NCBI GenBank assembly: GCA_013239625.1
Contig: MU057344.1
Span: 13,103,276 to 13,167,275, forward strand
Direction: 5' to 3'
Origin: Lama guanicoe
Taxonomy: Eukaryota
Length of the DNA stretch: 64,000 nt
Positions 1 through 13,139 of the stretch are shown one piece after another. The position numbers and the translations under genes were made by a program. Numbering within the stretch: position 1 is the first letter of the stretch; the number at the start of each line of letters is the position of its first letter. Below the pieces are notes generated by a model. It searched no databases and was not told where the DNA came from. It saw only the letters and a program-made list of their open reading frames with translations.

Positions 1-1954
1 CACTTCTGAACCCAGGCAACCTCAGGGTCCCCCCGCCCCCAGCGAGAAAGCACTCCCCAAACCACCCCGAGTCTGGCCCGAGCCCCTCTGTTCCCCACAT
101 CTGGAAGGAAGGCCCCAGGCCGCTTTCCCCTGCTAAATCATTCGCCTCGCCTAACTGCCAAGCGCGAGTCAGAGGACCTTCCTGCCAGGACCGCGAGCAG
201 GTGCCCCTGCTGGAGTTTCACCACTTGAAGCTCCGTGCCGGTGCCCGCTGCTCAGCAGGGAGAGAGCTCGGCTTGCGGCTTGCGAGTGAGCAGCCTCAAC
301 TCCCCACTCCACAAAACGTTCCACCTTCGTTTCTAAATATTTAGGGTCTGAAAAAAATACCCAATGAACATCTGCAGGGCCCGGCCCCAGATCGGAAACC
401 TTGGATCTCTTTCCAGAGATTTGCGGTCTTGCCTCTCTCCCACACCTCCAGCTGTCACACAGAAGTGACCTCTCAGTGCAACTTCCTTTTCAACATGTTG
501 GTACTTGGCTTGCAACATTTTTCACTTGTTCCACAGCCTTCTCACCAGGGCCCAGGTGGCTATCTGCCAAAGGGTACCTTCCGCCCTCCTCCCCTCAAAA
601 ATGCTACGAGGGGCCAGGATGAGCGTCCTCTCACCTTTCCTCCCCCTGCCCCACAGCTGCGGGGATTTGCCAAATACTTATCTATCTGCTTCATCTTCCT
701 AAAGGACATCTTTTGGTGGTGGCAGAGAACAAAAGACCAGAGTGAGGAGATGAGGTGAGGGCGCCTTGGTCTGAGTCCGCTGGGATGTCTCCACAGCTGG
801 GGTCCACAAAAGGGCTCAAGTAAATTTACCAACAGTGGGAAGAAAGTCTGTGGGGGCAGCTCCCCACCCAGGCGCTCGCATGCCCTGCAACTGTCTGCAC
901 CACGAAAGGAGGGGATGGGGCAGAGCCCGGGGAAGGGACCCCTGCAGGGAACTGCCCCCGAGCCCCAGCCCTTTTAAGACGGGCATGGGAAACTCGTAAG
1001 TGGGGGAATCCTGGGGGCCACGCCAGGGAAGGGCGACCCAGACTGGTGCTGCTGCATGGTGGCCTGTGTGAGCTGGACAGGCTCTGGAGGGCTGGGAGCC
1101 GTCAGCCTGGCGGGGAGCTCCTGCCTGCTGCCTGGAACACCTGCAGGGTCGGCAGCTGGCCCTGTGGACCCAGTAAGATGGTTCCTTCTATCCCAACACA
1201 CGTGGAGTGGGAGTGCGTGTGCGAGAGTGAGCGTGGGACTGCGAGGAGACCTGGGTCACTGCAAGTACTGCTTAATGGAGTGAGGAAGACGCCTCTGACC
1301 CCCAGCCTCACATGCTGGTGGTCACCTCAAGCCGTGGCCACTCCACCCCAAGATATCTCCGACCTGTCCCTCCTCTACTCCTCTGGCCTCTGCCCTTCTT
1401 TGTTATTTCCTACCTTGAGGCTGGCACCAGCTCCGACACTGACACCTGGCCACAGGCTTGACCCTCCAGCCCTCCCGGGGTTGCCTCATCCAGCCCTGGT
1501 CACCCCTCTCCTGGATGACTCTAACAGCCTCCTGCCAACCTGTCCTCCAGGCCAGTCGGCAGAACCATCTTCTGAAGACTAGATCTGATCAGATCACGTG
1601 ACTGCCCAAAAGTCTTAAAACCCTTCTCACTACCTCCGGTGGTAACACGTCTCATGTGGTTGACTTGTTTCCTGCAAGAGGCAACCAAAGGGTGGTACTG
1701 CTGAGCATGCGCCAGGAAGTCCCTTTCCACAGGACTCCACGGCTCTGGCCCGACTCGTCGTGCCTGTTTCTGGGGCCACTGGTCCACTGCAGCCACCCTC
1801 ACTGGCTGCTGGAGGAGGAGGGGCTGCCCGGGGAATGTCCCTGGGCACCTGTCCCTGTCTACACCCCGCTGACTGCTCAGTGCAATTCTGTGTAAATGTT
1901 TATGAGCATCTGCTGAACGCCAGGCACAGGCAACAGATTAAGACCAAAGACTGC

Positions 1955-2065
1955 AGAGTGGTAGAACGTAGCTTTCTTTTTCTCTAGGCAGACAAATGTG
2001 GGTTCAAATCCTGGCTCTGCCTGTTACTTAGATAAGTCGCCATGGGCAAGCTACTGAACAGCTTA
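1955..2065 (+). mobile_element. MIR SINE fragment
   Basis: gggttcaaatcctggctctgcc...catgggcaagctact resembles the MIR core. Confidence 0.65.
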
Positions 2066-3598
2066 CTGACCTGTTAAACGCGAGTGACAGCTCCATCTTG
2101 TTCACAACCCAGTCAAAGGAGACGGTCCTCACAACCACATGTGTTTGCTCTTTATCACTGATTTGCTCAACTTTCCTGGAACCCCTTCGCCTCCCATCCA
2201 AGACAACCACGGACATTTTCCCAAGGCTCATCTGGGACACAGAGCTCAACCCGCAACTCTCATTTCCCCTGTTTGCGCAGAAGCTACGCATCATTAACTT
2301 AGATTTGTCACCCTCATTGCTTCCCGGCCCCTCCTTTTACAGTTACTTACATTGGAAACCAGCCCCAGCTTTAATGTACCTCAGATGAGTTATGTGACCG
2401 GCCGTTAGGATGATGACAGAGCATGAATTTCCTCATTAAAGCCCAAGAGCACAGGCAATCCAAACAGGCCCGCGGCCCGGTCCGGTGCGCTGAGGACAGC
2501 CACTCATCAGGCCCGCGTTTGGCTTGGCAGCAGGCGCCGCTCATGGCAAGCCGGAACCAGAGCCTGGCCGTGGGCTGACAGCTCTGATTTAAACTATTAG
2601 GAAGGCTGAGGATTAAATATTTGTCCAGGTCACTGTAAACCGGGAAGAATTATAAACAGTTCAGAGCGGTAAGTGATGCAGGAAACAGTCTCCGGATACA
2701 GATTTAGGATTTTCCACCATTCCTCAGGTGGCGGGCAGGGGGGAGGCTGTGGGAGAGCTGGCTGCCTGGGGGTTTGGCTGCCCCTCCCCAGTCAGCGGTT
2801 CCTGGAAGACAAGAGCCCATTTCCATGCAGAAGGACAGGCTCTGCCCAGTGAGCATCAGCCTTGGATCTGGGATGGCGTAGGGACAGCCCTGTCCAGAGG
2901 CCAGAGAAGAGAAGTCCTGAGATCCCTTGCGGCCGCAGGCCCCTGTGACACGGCAGAGGTGGTGGAGGCCCCGACACACGGCCCAGGCACCTGCCTGGCA
3001 CTACGACTGATCAAGCACATGAACATGCTTCTGTGACTGGAATACAAATGTACTTAAAAGAGTAACTAAATGTATCCTTTCTGCCTTATTTAAAAAAAAA
3101 AACAACCGTGTTTTTTAAAAGTATAATTATTATCTGACTGAAAATAACATTCTGATGTTAAAAGGAATCCTCATAAAGTCAGGCAGCCGGAGAAGGAGAA
3201 AGGAATGGCCATCTCTGCAGAAGGAGCCCCCCCCACCCCGAGGACGCTCTCAAGGACGCTGTGCTGCCGCCAACACCGCCTTCTCTGAGGCCAAGTATTA
3301 CTTGTCTGGACTTCTTCCTGTTACACCAGGCCCGCCCCATCCTGGCACAGTTAAGGCCTTCCCTTGGGACTGGTCTGTGAAGAGTCCTAAACATGGACCC
3401 TTAAACAAGGTCTTAAACCTGCTTAGATGTGTGAAGCAGAAGTCAGGACAAGCCTGCTCCAGGGAAGGCAGCACCTTCCAGCCCAAGCTCCCAGTTCACC
3501 TCCGCCACACCTGAAGGGACACCTGGGAGATGGGTGCTCAGGATACCTAAGCAGAAGACAGGCAAGAGGAAGGTACACAGTAGCTGTGACAGCTGATC

Positions 3599-4515
3599 TG
3601 TAAGATGCATTTGGTCACTCAGACAACCAAAGTATGTTTCTTATGTATTTCTGGTCTTCATCTGCGATTCCTGGCTCACGGCTCCCAAACCCTTGGAGTT
3701 TCCTGAGAGATAAGAGTAGTGGGAGCATCTTCTGTTATGTTTGGTCTCCTGAATCAATCACGTCACAAAGGTGAAATGGTGGCTTGTCACTCGTAACAAG
3801 CCCCTTTCCACCACAACTGGGTTTATCTTAATGAGATGACTTTTGGAAAGCACCTAACGATGGGGCTGCTTGCCAGAGAACCAACCATGAAAAGAGGGAT
3901 GGAACTTTTAGTTCCACCCCTGGTTTCCATGCAGGAGAGAAGGGCTAGAGATGGAATCAATCACCAATGGCCACTGAGTTAATCAGTCATGCCTATGTAA
4001 TGAAGTCTCCATAAAATCCCACAAAGGATGGGGTTCAGAGAGCTTCCAGGTCAGGGAAACAAAATGCTCCCAGGTGCCACCACGCCGGCCCTCAAGCTCC
4101 ATGAGGACAGTCTCCCTTGTTGGAGACCTTGTCCTGTGTATGTCTTCAACTGGCTATTGCTTCATACTCTTTAATATCTTGTAATAAACCTGCAACCTAG
4201 TGAGTAAACAGGTTTCCTGAGTTCTGTGAGCAGCTCTAGCAAATTAATGGAACCCAAGGAGGGGGTTGTGGGAACCTCTGATTTGTAGCCAGTAGGTCAG
4301 AAGCCCAGGTGACAACCTGGATTTGCAGCATCTGAAGGTGTGTGTGTGGGGGGGAGGGCAGGCAGTCTTATAGGACTGAGCCCTTAACCTGTGGGATCTC
4401 CAGGCAGAGAGTGTCAGAACTGTAACTGAATTGTATGACACTGCTGTGTCTCCAGAACCACCTGTCGGTGGCATGGGGAGCCACCTCCCAAGGTGGAACT
4501 GGGCGTAGAACCCAA
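3599..4515 (+). mobile_element. Solo LTR, MER21-like
   Basis: Starts with TG. Blocks such as aatcaccaatggccactgagttaatcagtcatgcctatgtaatgaagtctccataaaa and ctgagttctgtgagcagctctagcaaattaatggaacccaaggagggggttgtgggaacc match the recalled MER21 consensus. AATAAA at 4183-4188. Confidence 0.8.
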
Positions 4516-4520
4516 AAGAA

Positions 4521-4685
4521 TAGCGCTCATCAAATTTTAATGTGCATGTAAACTACCTGGAGAATTCTGTGAAATTTAGGTTCTGGTCTGGTAGCCCCGG
4601 GTAGGTAAGGCCCAAGATTCCTGCATTTCTGACAAGCTCCTTGGTGGTGCTATGTTGGTCCCTCAAGGACTAGGCTGTGAGCAGG
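4521..4685. mobile_element. MER5A-like hAT-Charlie DNA transposon remnant
   Basis: caaattttaatgtgcat...acctggagaattctgtgaaa...ggcccaagattcctgcatttctgacaagctcc...ggtgctatgttggtcc resembles MER5A. Confidence 0.65.
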
Positions 4686-5252
4686 ACAGTGCCCTCCAGC
4701 TGTACAGGAGGGTCTCAGAGCCCATCCGCCTGGCCGGGCTGCTCACAACTACAGAGATGAGAAACAGCAAAGCACTGCTCCTTACCACATAAAAGGAGCT
4801 TGAGGTACGGAGACACACTGAGGCCTAAGGGTGAGAAAGAAACCACGGCCAGGTCTGCAGTCACCTGCTCCTACTTAACGGCAGGGAGCGGGCCAGGAAC
4901 TGGCAGGCGGTGTTCAACCCAGGCAGTTCAAACGGCATCTGTCTGGAAACCTGAAGCCCTGGTTAGAGCTAAACAAGCCCACTGTAATCACGAGTACCCC
5001 AGAAAGATGGTTATCAGGCTGGCACCTCCCTCTAAGGCAGTCTTTAGTAAAGCCAGGTTGGAGGGCTCTGAACTTGGCCTTGACCTAATATGAAGACATA
5101 GAGTCATCTTAGTCAATGTGCAAGGAACAAAGCCAGAAGGGACAACTAATACCTTGATGACCAAAACTGAGATTCAATTGTCACAAGCAGAATGGACAAA
5201 AACCAGGGTGTGAGGACACATGTAAAACCTCACTTTAAAAATGATCAACTCA

Positions 5253-5487
5253 TAATGGAATACTACTCAGCCATAAAAAACGACTAAAATAACGCCATTT
5301 GCAACAACATGGATAGACCCAGAGATTATCATATTAAGTCAGACAGAGAAAAGACAAATATCATGTATCACTTATACGCGGAATCTAAAAAAACGACACA
5401 AATGAACTTACTTACAAAACAGAAAAAGACTCACAGATACAGAAAACAAACTTATGGTTCCCAAAGGGGAAGGCTGGGTAGGGACTG
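5253..5487 (+). mobile_element. L1 fragment (ORF2 end and 3' UTR, ungulate-type)
   Basis: aatggaatactactcagccataaaaaa...gccatttgcaacaacatggatagacc...gaatctaaaa...acaaatgaacttacttacaaaacagaa...aacttatggttcccaaagggga. Confidence 0.85.
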
Positions 5488-6199
5488 GGCAGCCAAGTAG
5501 TCGAATGCACGCTGGTGAGGCGCCAGCCAAGCAGCCTGGGGCCCCCTCTGGAGGACAGGTTCTCTGCCGAATGCAATTTTTCATGGAGGCTGATGTGAAA
5601 GGAATGGGCTGTCTCCCAAGGCAGCGAGCTCCCTGGTCCTATCCTATTAGGGAGGCGTAGGTGTCCTGTCAGGTTGGGAAGTGACCTCTGAACTCTTCCA
5701 ATGTAAAGACCCTTTGACTCAATCAGCCTTTGGACTGCTCTGACCACATGTACTCATTTTTTTCTTTATGAGGTGAAAAAATATTCTGAGTTTCGAGAAG
5801 TGCCCGGCTAGGGCACAAACTGAAGGATGCTGGTGAGCATCATTTGGCTGCATCCTTGGGGCGCTGCTATGTGGGGGCCGGAACTGAGCAGAGAGCAGGC
5901 GCATGTCGGTTACCAGTCACCACCGGGTACGTGTGTGGGGAGGCCGGTAAACTTGCTCAGGTGCTTTAAGTAGGCACTCCCTCTTCTGAATCCCTTCAGC
6001 TTTTATTCTAGCCTTTTCTCTCCTTTCTGGGACCCTGGCTACTACTTCCCAGCAGCCTGTTGCCAAGCATCTAGGCTGACCCTCTGGCTCTGTGGTCACT
6101 TCTCATACTGCCCACCTCCACCTACAAGATCATGTCCACCAGTCCTCTCTGCAGAAAGCACCTCTCCACCAGTGTCCAGTGCCTGCCGCCAGCCCACAT

Positions 6200-6583
6200 C
6201 CACCCCGCCCTCTACTGTGAAAAGCTGCCTGGTTTTACTCTAGGAAATCAATACCCTTGTTCCAGTTACTCCACCTCGGCGGTCACATGACCCAGGTCTA
6301 GCCACTATTTCACCCTCCTAGCCTCAGGAGATGATCCTGTGACGGACAGGTAACCCAATCTGGCAGTGAAACGTTTCTGGGGTTAGGGCAGACCTGCTGA
6401 GAGAGAAACTCTTCTCCCAGGAGCCCCCACAGGGAGATTCACAGTCCTGCTGGCATCATTGTGTCTCCGTCCCAGCCGTGCTGAATGAAGTCTGAACATC
6501 ACAATTCTGTGGGCTGACTCATTTCCATTTTTGCTTAAGTCAGAGTTTTACGTCTGTCACTTGCAACCAAGAGCCCTAATACA
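6200..6583 (+). mobile_element. Old ERVL/MaLR-type LTR (LTR16/LTR33/MLT1-like)
   Basis: The 3' end tttttgcttaagtcagagttttacgtctgtcacttgcaaccaagagccctaataca and internal ggtcacatgacccagg are typical of these LTRs. The 5' boundary is uncertain. Confidence 0.6.
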
Positions 6584-6794
6584 TGAACTTAAGTCACAAC
6601 TGAGAAATTCATTCATTCTAAAGTGTCACCAGCAGTATGTCCTCACCACCACAGTAGCGTTTTAATGTAAATACCCTGACCTGAGATGAAACTTCCTGTG
6701 ACTGAATCTGGGAATCACCGACAGGCCTGTGGGGAGACCATGCCAGGCCCAGCAGCTGTCCCAGGGCCCCTCTGTGGGAGCAGCTGCTCACTCA

Positions 6795-7076
<282 letters not shown>

Positions 7077-7265
7077 TCACACGACCTTTCTTAAAAATCT
7101 CACTGGGTTTTAAAGGGAGCGAATCTGCAGTCATGTGTATCCAAGTTCTTTAGGATCAATGACTACTGCAATCCTGACTTATCTTTATCCAAACGGCTGG
7201 AGGCACTTTTAGGAATAAGCAGGGGTTTATACATCACAGTATCCCCCATCAAGAAGCACTGGCTA

Positions 7266-7499
<234 letters not shown>

Positions 7500-8667
7500 T
7501 TAGATGTTAAGCCCGTCAAATTACAGACCATCAGCCCAGGTCCCAGGGGTTGTCACTTGGCAAAGATTCATCCAAATGTCTGTCTGGGACTAAGGACCCT
7601 CCCTACAGTGGTTCCAGGGTTGATTCTTGCATTTGTCCTGATCATCTGTTGGTCAGGGGAGGGCATACAGCATCCTTTTGTGGGGTGGGTGGGGCACAGA
7701 AAGAACACGGGCTTAGGAGTCCCAAAGATAATACAAGTTTGAGCGGCCACTTACTCTAGCATGGTGGTCTCTGGCAAGAGAACTAATAAACCTCTCTGGG
7801 CTTCATGTTCCTTCCAAACAAAGGATCCAGCTAAGTGTGTGACAGAGACACCCCACAGGGGTCATTACTGTTCGATATGCCTATCTTTTGGGATGGCTAC
7901 TTTACAGGAGAGATAAAGAGGAACAAACAGAGCCCCGGCGCTCCAGACTGCTCCCACGGAGAGCAGACATCCATGCCCTCTAACCCAGAACACTCCAGGG
8001 CTCCTGATGGCCTATCAGAGCAACCTGGAGCAACACTGCAGCCAGAGATGAAGGGCTAAGCTTGGGGTGGAGCTTCCTCCTCAGGTCTGAAGCCACACGG
8101 AAAAATTCCTCATTCAGATCAAGTGCAAGAAAAGGGCAGAGGAGCAAAGAAAATCAGGCGAGGACCCCAAATTCAAGACCACCAAGGCAGCGAGCGGCCG
8201 TGAGCACAGGCCCGAGGAGCTCAGAAAGCAAAGGCGGACAGACCACCAAGCTGACCTGCCCGTCTCACATTCCGCCGATGACCAGCTAAAACTCGGAAAG
8301 ACCTCATCTCTGGTGGCTAGCACATCCTTTACCAGAAAGTCGGTGGCCTCTCTGACCCCAATTAACCCCACATCCCTGGTGCGGCAGGCACCTCCGGGAC
8401 CTTCAAGGAGGGTGGGAGCTGGCGGCCTCGGGACTCAGGCCAGCACGGGCCCCATCCCCGAGCCCCCAGTTACTGGCTCTGCGGACACGTTTATCTGCCC
8501 AACAGCTGCGTATCACAGGTACCAGCTGTGTGAACTGGGCCTTGGCTTCTTCATAAAACAAGGATACTATCTACTTTATAGGACTCTTGAGAGACAAAAG
8601 CAAAGCAGGGCAGTAGATACCTGACCAAAGATTATTCTTAATTTTAATAGCAAAAGAAGAACTAAAA

Positions 8668-8830
8668 ATAAACATATGTGAATTACATCTCAATCAAGCT
8701 GTTATGTAATAAAAAAAATACACATGGTAAATGTTAATATTTACAGAATGTATGTGAAGGGTATAGAGAAATTCTTTGTAATCTTTTTTGGATAATTTTG
8801 CTGTAAATCTGAAACTCTTTCAAACCAGTA
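8668..8830 (+). mobile_element. Ancient L1M 3'-end fragments
   Basis: atatgtgaattacatctcaatcaagctgtt plus an A-run, followed by gaagggtatagagaaattcttt...tgtaaatctgaaactctttcaaa. Confidence 0.6.
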
Positions 8831-11800
8831 AGTTTCTGTACAAAGGTCAGTACATGGATACACCAAGGGGTAAGAAGAGGTGATCAGATCGAGGAAGTAG
8901 TGCCTGCTTTGTGAGCCGCAGGGCACCGTGACTGCTCATCCTCCTGCTCGAAAGCACTGCGGGGCCCCCTGGGTGCCCGAGGGTCCACACCCTGGCTACC
9001 CTCGCCCCCTCCCCACCAGGACTCCTCAGGGAGACTGTGCCCACTCCTCCCTCCCACACCAGCCACTGTGACAAAGCCGGCAAATGCAATTCACAGCTCT
9101 GCCTCCCCTGGCAAGTGGGCCTGGAAGGCAGCTGAGGGCTGGAGGATGGATGAGGTGCCAGCCGGGGTCTGAATGTCTGTGAAGAGGTTGAGGGTGGTGA
9201 GGACCCTGGCTCCGGCACAGCACGGGGCAGAACTGTGAGAGATAAAGCCCGAGAGGATGAAGAGACACCTGTGGGGGCCCAGAGCCCGGTGCCACCCCAG
9301 GTGACCTCCAGAGACTGCCAACGCAGGGCACTCAAGGATCCCCGCTCAGGGAGACTCTTTCTCTTGCCCTAAATCTCTCTCCAAACCCCAAGCAGATAAG
9401 CGTCTTGGTTCAGAGCCTGAGGCCCCATCTCCTTCCAGAGGGCCATCCTGGTCCAGCCCAGCCCTGTAGGGAGCCAGACACACATGGGCAGTCCTGGCGC
9501 ACTCCTGAGACACGTGGAGACGCATCGGTCACCCGGAGACTCAGGGGAGAGGGCAGCATGGGCTCTGGGAACCCTTCTGCTTACTCGCCTGGTCCTTGGC
9601 GACCCCTCAGCTCACGACTCAGCAGGAGGCACACACAGTGGCGCTGCAGCGAAAGAGCAACCCAGGCAGACCTGCCCATCCCCGTCCTGTCGCTGACAGA
9701 GGGCTGGTTTCCAACACACACTTTTCCTTTCTAGTCTGCTTGCAGGGAGAGCAACCCCACATCAAAAGGGAAAAAACAACAACTTTTTAAAATGTGGCTT
9801 TTCTTGTGTTGGCCAAGAGGATGGGCCGAACATTCCTCTCTTCCGCTGGTGGTCCTGGAGTGAAGGCGTGGAGCCCCGCAGGCATGTCCATCCTTCCGCC
9901 CCTCACAGCCTGCAGTCAAGCGCCTCCCAAACCGAAGTGTGGTTCTTGTCAAAGGCTCACCACCCTGTGATACGGGACTCAGGGATTAGCAGGTCAGGCT
10001 GCCCTGGAAGGGAACTAGCAGAGAGCTTGGTGGCTCAACAGCCCTTGTCGACACCACCCGGTGACCAGTTCAAAAGCACCAGGTGGCCTGTGCTTGAGCC
10101 CCTCAGTCCGTTCCTTTGGATTTCTCTTTTCTTGCAGAAAAGTAAAACAACACATTATCATTTTATAAGGCAAACCGGCTGTTTCTCCTCCAACGTCCCA
10201 CCCTGTGGCCTGGCTCCCACTCTGGGCAGCTTCTCCCCAGCATCCTCAGCTTCCCCTGTGCGCCACACTGACCAGGGTCCAAAGTTACAAAATGTTGGAG
10301 ACAGAGAAGGTAAAAATGCAAGCTCGATTCTGGCCTCCGTGTGGGTTACTACTCTTTCCCCCCATATTAAAATTTTTATTACAAGAACATTATTTTTTTT
10401 AAAAAAGGAAACTTAAAAATTTAGCCCGTAACTCCATAAATCAACTTATCCCATAAATCTGATTTTTCCAAATTCCCTTCCAGTCTCTGTCCAGATGCTC
10501 ACTTTTTATGTAACTGTAAACACAGCAGCGGGATTGCGCTGGGTTCAGCTTTTTTGCACTTGGCATGGAACGGTGAGCACCTTTCCTCGGGGACACATGA
10601 TCTCCATAATTGTTTTCAATAGTGGGGATAGTACTCCACCGGGTAGCATCCTCATTTACAGGCGATTTGACTCAATAAAAAAATGAGAGCAGCAGCACCA
10701 GAGGTGACGCGGCCCATCTGCACACTGCGCGCCCACTTGCAGCGGGGCGGCGAGGCGAGGCGGACGTGCCAAAACGGCCCTGACACCACAATTCAAGAGT
10801 GGCCTCGCATTCCATTTCCCTAAAGGGATCTCCGGGGACTTGAGCGGCTGCAAGTCTCAACCTGATGTCCCAAGACAAAGGGAGCAGAGGAGGGAGTGAA
10901 CAGAAAGGGCCGACCCAGAATTGCCCAGAATCTCCAGCCTCGGCTACGTGCCTGGCCGGTGGCGAGGGGGCTGCGGGGCACACAGACGGCACCGTCCCCT
11001 GGTTTATGGCTCGGCTCTGCGCGTGAAGAATTAATTAAAGAGGGACCTCAACAAGTTTTTGAAAATTTATTCTTACCTACTGTACTTTGATCATAATGAC
11101 ATGAAACAGGAAAAAAAATAATTTTTATGTGGTTCACATTTATGAGCTTTTACATAAAGGCTTTTGTGGGTATTTTAAGAATGTGCTAAAATGTTGTCTG
11201 AAACCACATAAAGCCATCTGAGGAGTTGCCCGCCAGAACTAACAGCACACACATGGAAGCACTTTAACTGGCCTTTGTATATTTAATGAGTCAAATAGTA
11301 TTAATATTGTTTAAATGCTAACATGGTATTTCAATAAGGTGGCCATGCCATTGCCGGTGATTCGCTCCTGGGACGTGAACGAAGGCTCAAGAGTGGCCCA
11401 GAGCTTGGAGCAGGCTGCCCAGGGGTCTAACCAGCCCCATCCACACTCTGCCCCGCTTCATCGGGGAGGGAGGGAAGATGGTCCCAGGACCACTGCCACA
11501 GCCCAGCTGGGCAGGGCTCAGGAGGGAAGGCCCAGGGGTCTCTGGTAAAGTGGGCAGCTCAGGGGACAGCTTTAAAACATGGACACCCAAAGATGAAACC
11601 CTTAGGCTTTTTCTTAGGCCTCAGTACTTCAAGAAGTGCAGGGCTGAAATTCATATATATGGTGAAGAGTGAGTGACCTGTTAGCCACAGGGAAAACCAG
11701 GGGACACTACAGAGAAGCCACCTTGGAAAGTCTTGAACCGGGAAGGAGTGGGGCCTTTGAGAACTCCAGGAATGCCAGGAGTAGGGGAAACAACAGACCA

Positions 11801-13139
11801 ACCTGGGAACAACTGGAGGAAAAGGCTGAGCTGGGGTCTGCCCAAGAGTGAGACCCTTCAGCAAAGTGCCATCGGCTCCACAGTCCTGGTGGCTTTCGAG
11901 ACCTTCCCAGCAGAGACGGACATTTTCTAAGACAAACGGAGCTGGGACCAAGGAGGAGGGGCCACTCAGGCTGGCTCTGTAAGTCCCACCATTTGGAAAA
12001 CAGTATGTCAACGACACCTGGCAGGTCCCGGTTTCGTAAATTTCAAAAGACGGGCTCGCCAGGGGCCTCAGCAAGCCCCTCGGGTGGGGCCGGCTATGCA
12101 CCTGCAGAGCCAGTGACGATCAAGGGTCTGGGGGAGCGGCCCTACCTCAGGCAGGTCGCTGAGCTGGGATCGACAAAAATCCCGTGGTGTCAAGGACTCC
12201 CCTCTCCTCAGAGACCTCCGTCGTCTCCCCCTGAAAAGCACCCCTCACCTGACCAACGTCAGAGTCACACATACAGACTCTACGTCTGTCACTCTCCCCC
12301 CGAAGGACTTCTGGGGAGGAGGAGAAAATAGGGGAACACAGAACTTCACACTCAAAATGACTGACTTCACAAAAGAAAGAAAAAAACCTGTTTCTGCTCC
12401 CAAAGCTTTATGGAGTGTCTGAGGCTGAGGCTTGTGTGGACCAGGATGGAAACTTTGTTTCAGAGATTGGGGCTGTAACCAGGCGTGGCCGATGCTGGGG
12501 GGACGCTGGGCTGCAAATGTTAACAGGGAAGGTGGGACTAGATGTGGCTTGAGGTTGGCCCTCACTCCTTCCTGTCAAGTCGCCTCCTGGGAGAGTAGCT
12601 AGACTCGTGGTTCTAAGACAGAGGCCCTGACAGGTTAAAATGAGTCACACGCCATGACCCCCAAGAACCACAGCCAGCACAGATCTGCTGGGAGCAAGCC
12701 CTTCTCAGTGACGGTCACTTAGACGTGGTCCTGTAGCCATTAAGTGGGCTGAGCCGCCTTCCCAGGACTGGCCAGGAGACTGGAGCAGACGCGATCTCTG
12801 GCAGTGCAATGACACCTGCAATACTGGGGCACAGACGAGGGGCCCCAGATGCAGACAAGTCAGGGCAGTGGGGGAGATATCACAAAGCAAGGGCCCTAGA
12901 TGCTGCAGTGTGAGAGCTTCAGCAGTCAGTGTCGTTAAATAAAGCAGAGAGAAAGACAAGGAATATTTCTTTGGCACCAGAGTGGTTTTCTCATCTGTGA
13001 GATTAAAGAGCTGGACCCGAGGTTCAGCAGGCTCCCTCCCAGCCCTGACACTCTCGGATTTGGTGCCTGCACGAGGGCTGGTATGAGGCAGACTCTGAGC
13101 ACCACAGTGCAGATTCCTAACCTTTTAATCAGGCTGATC

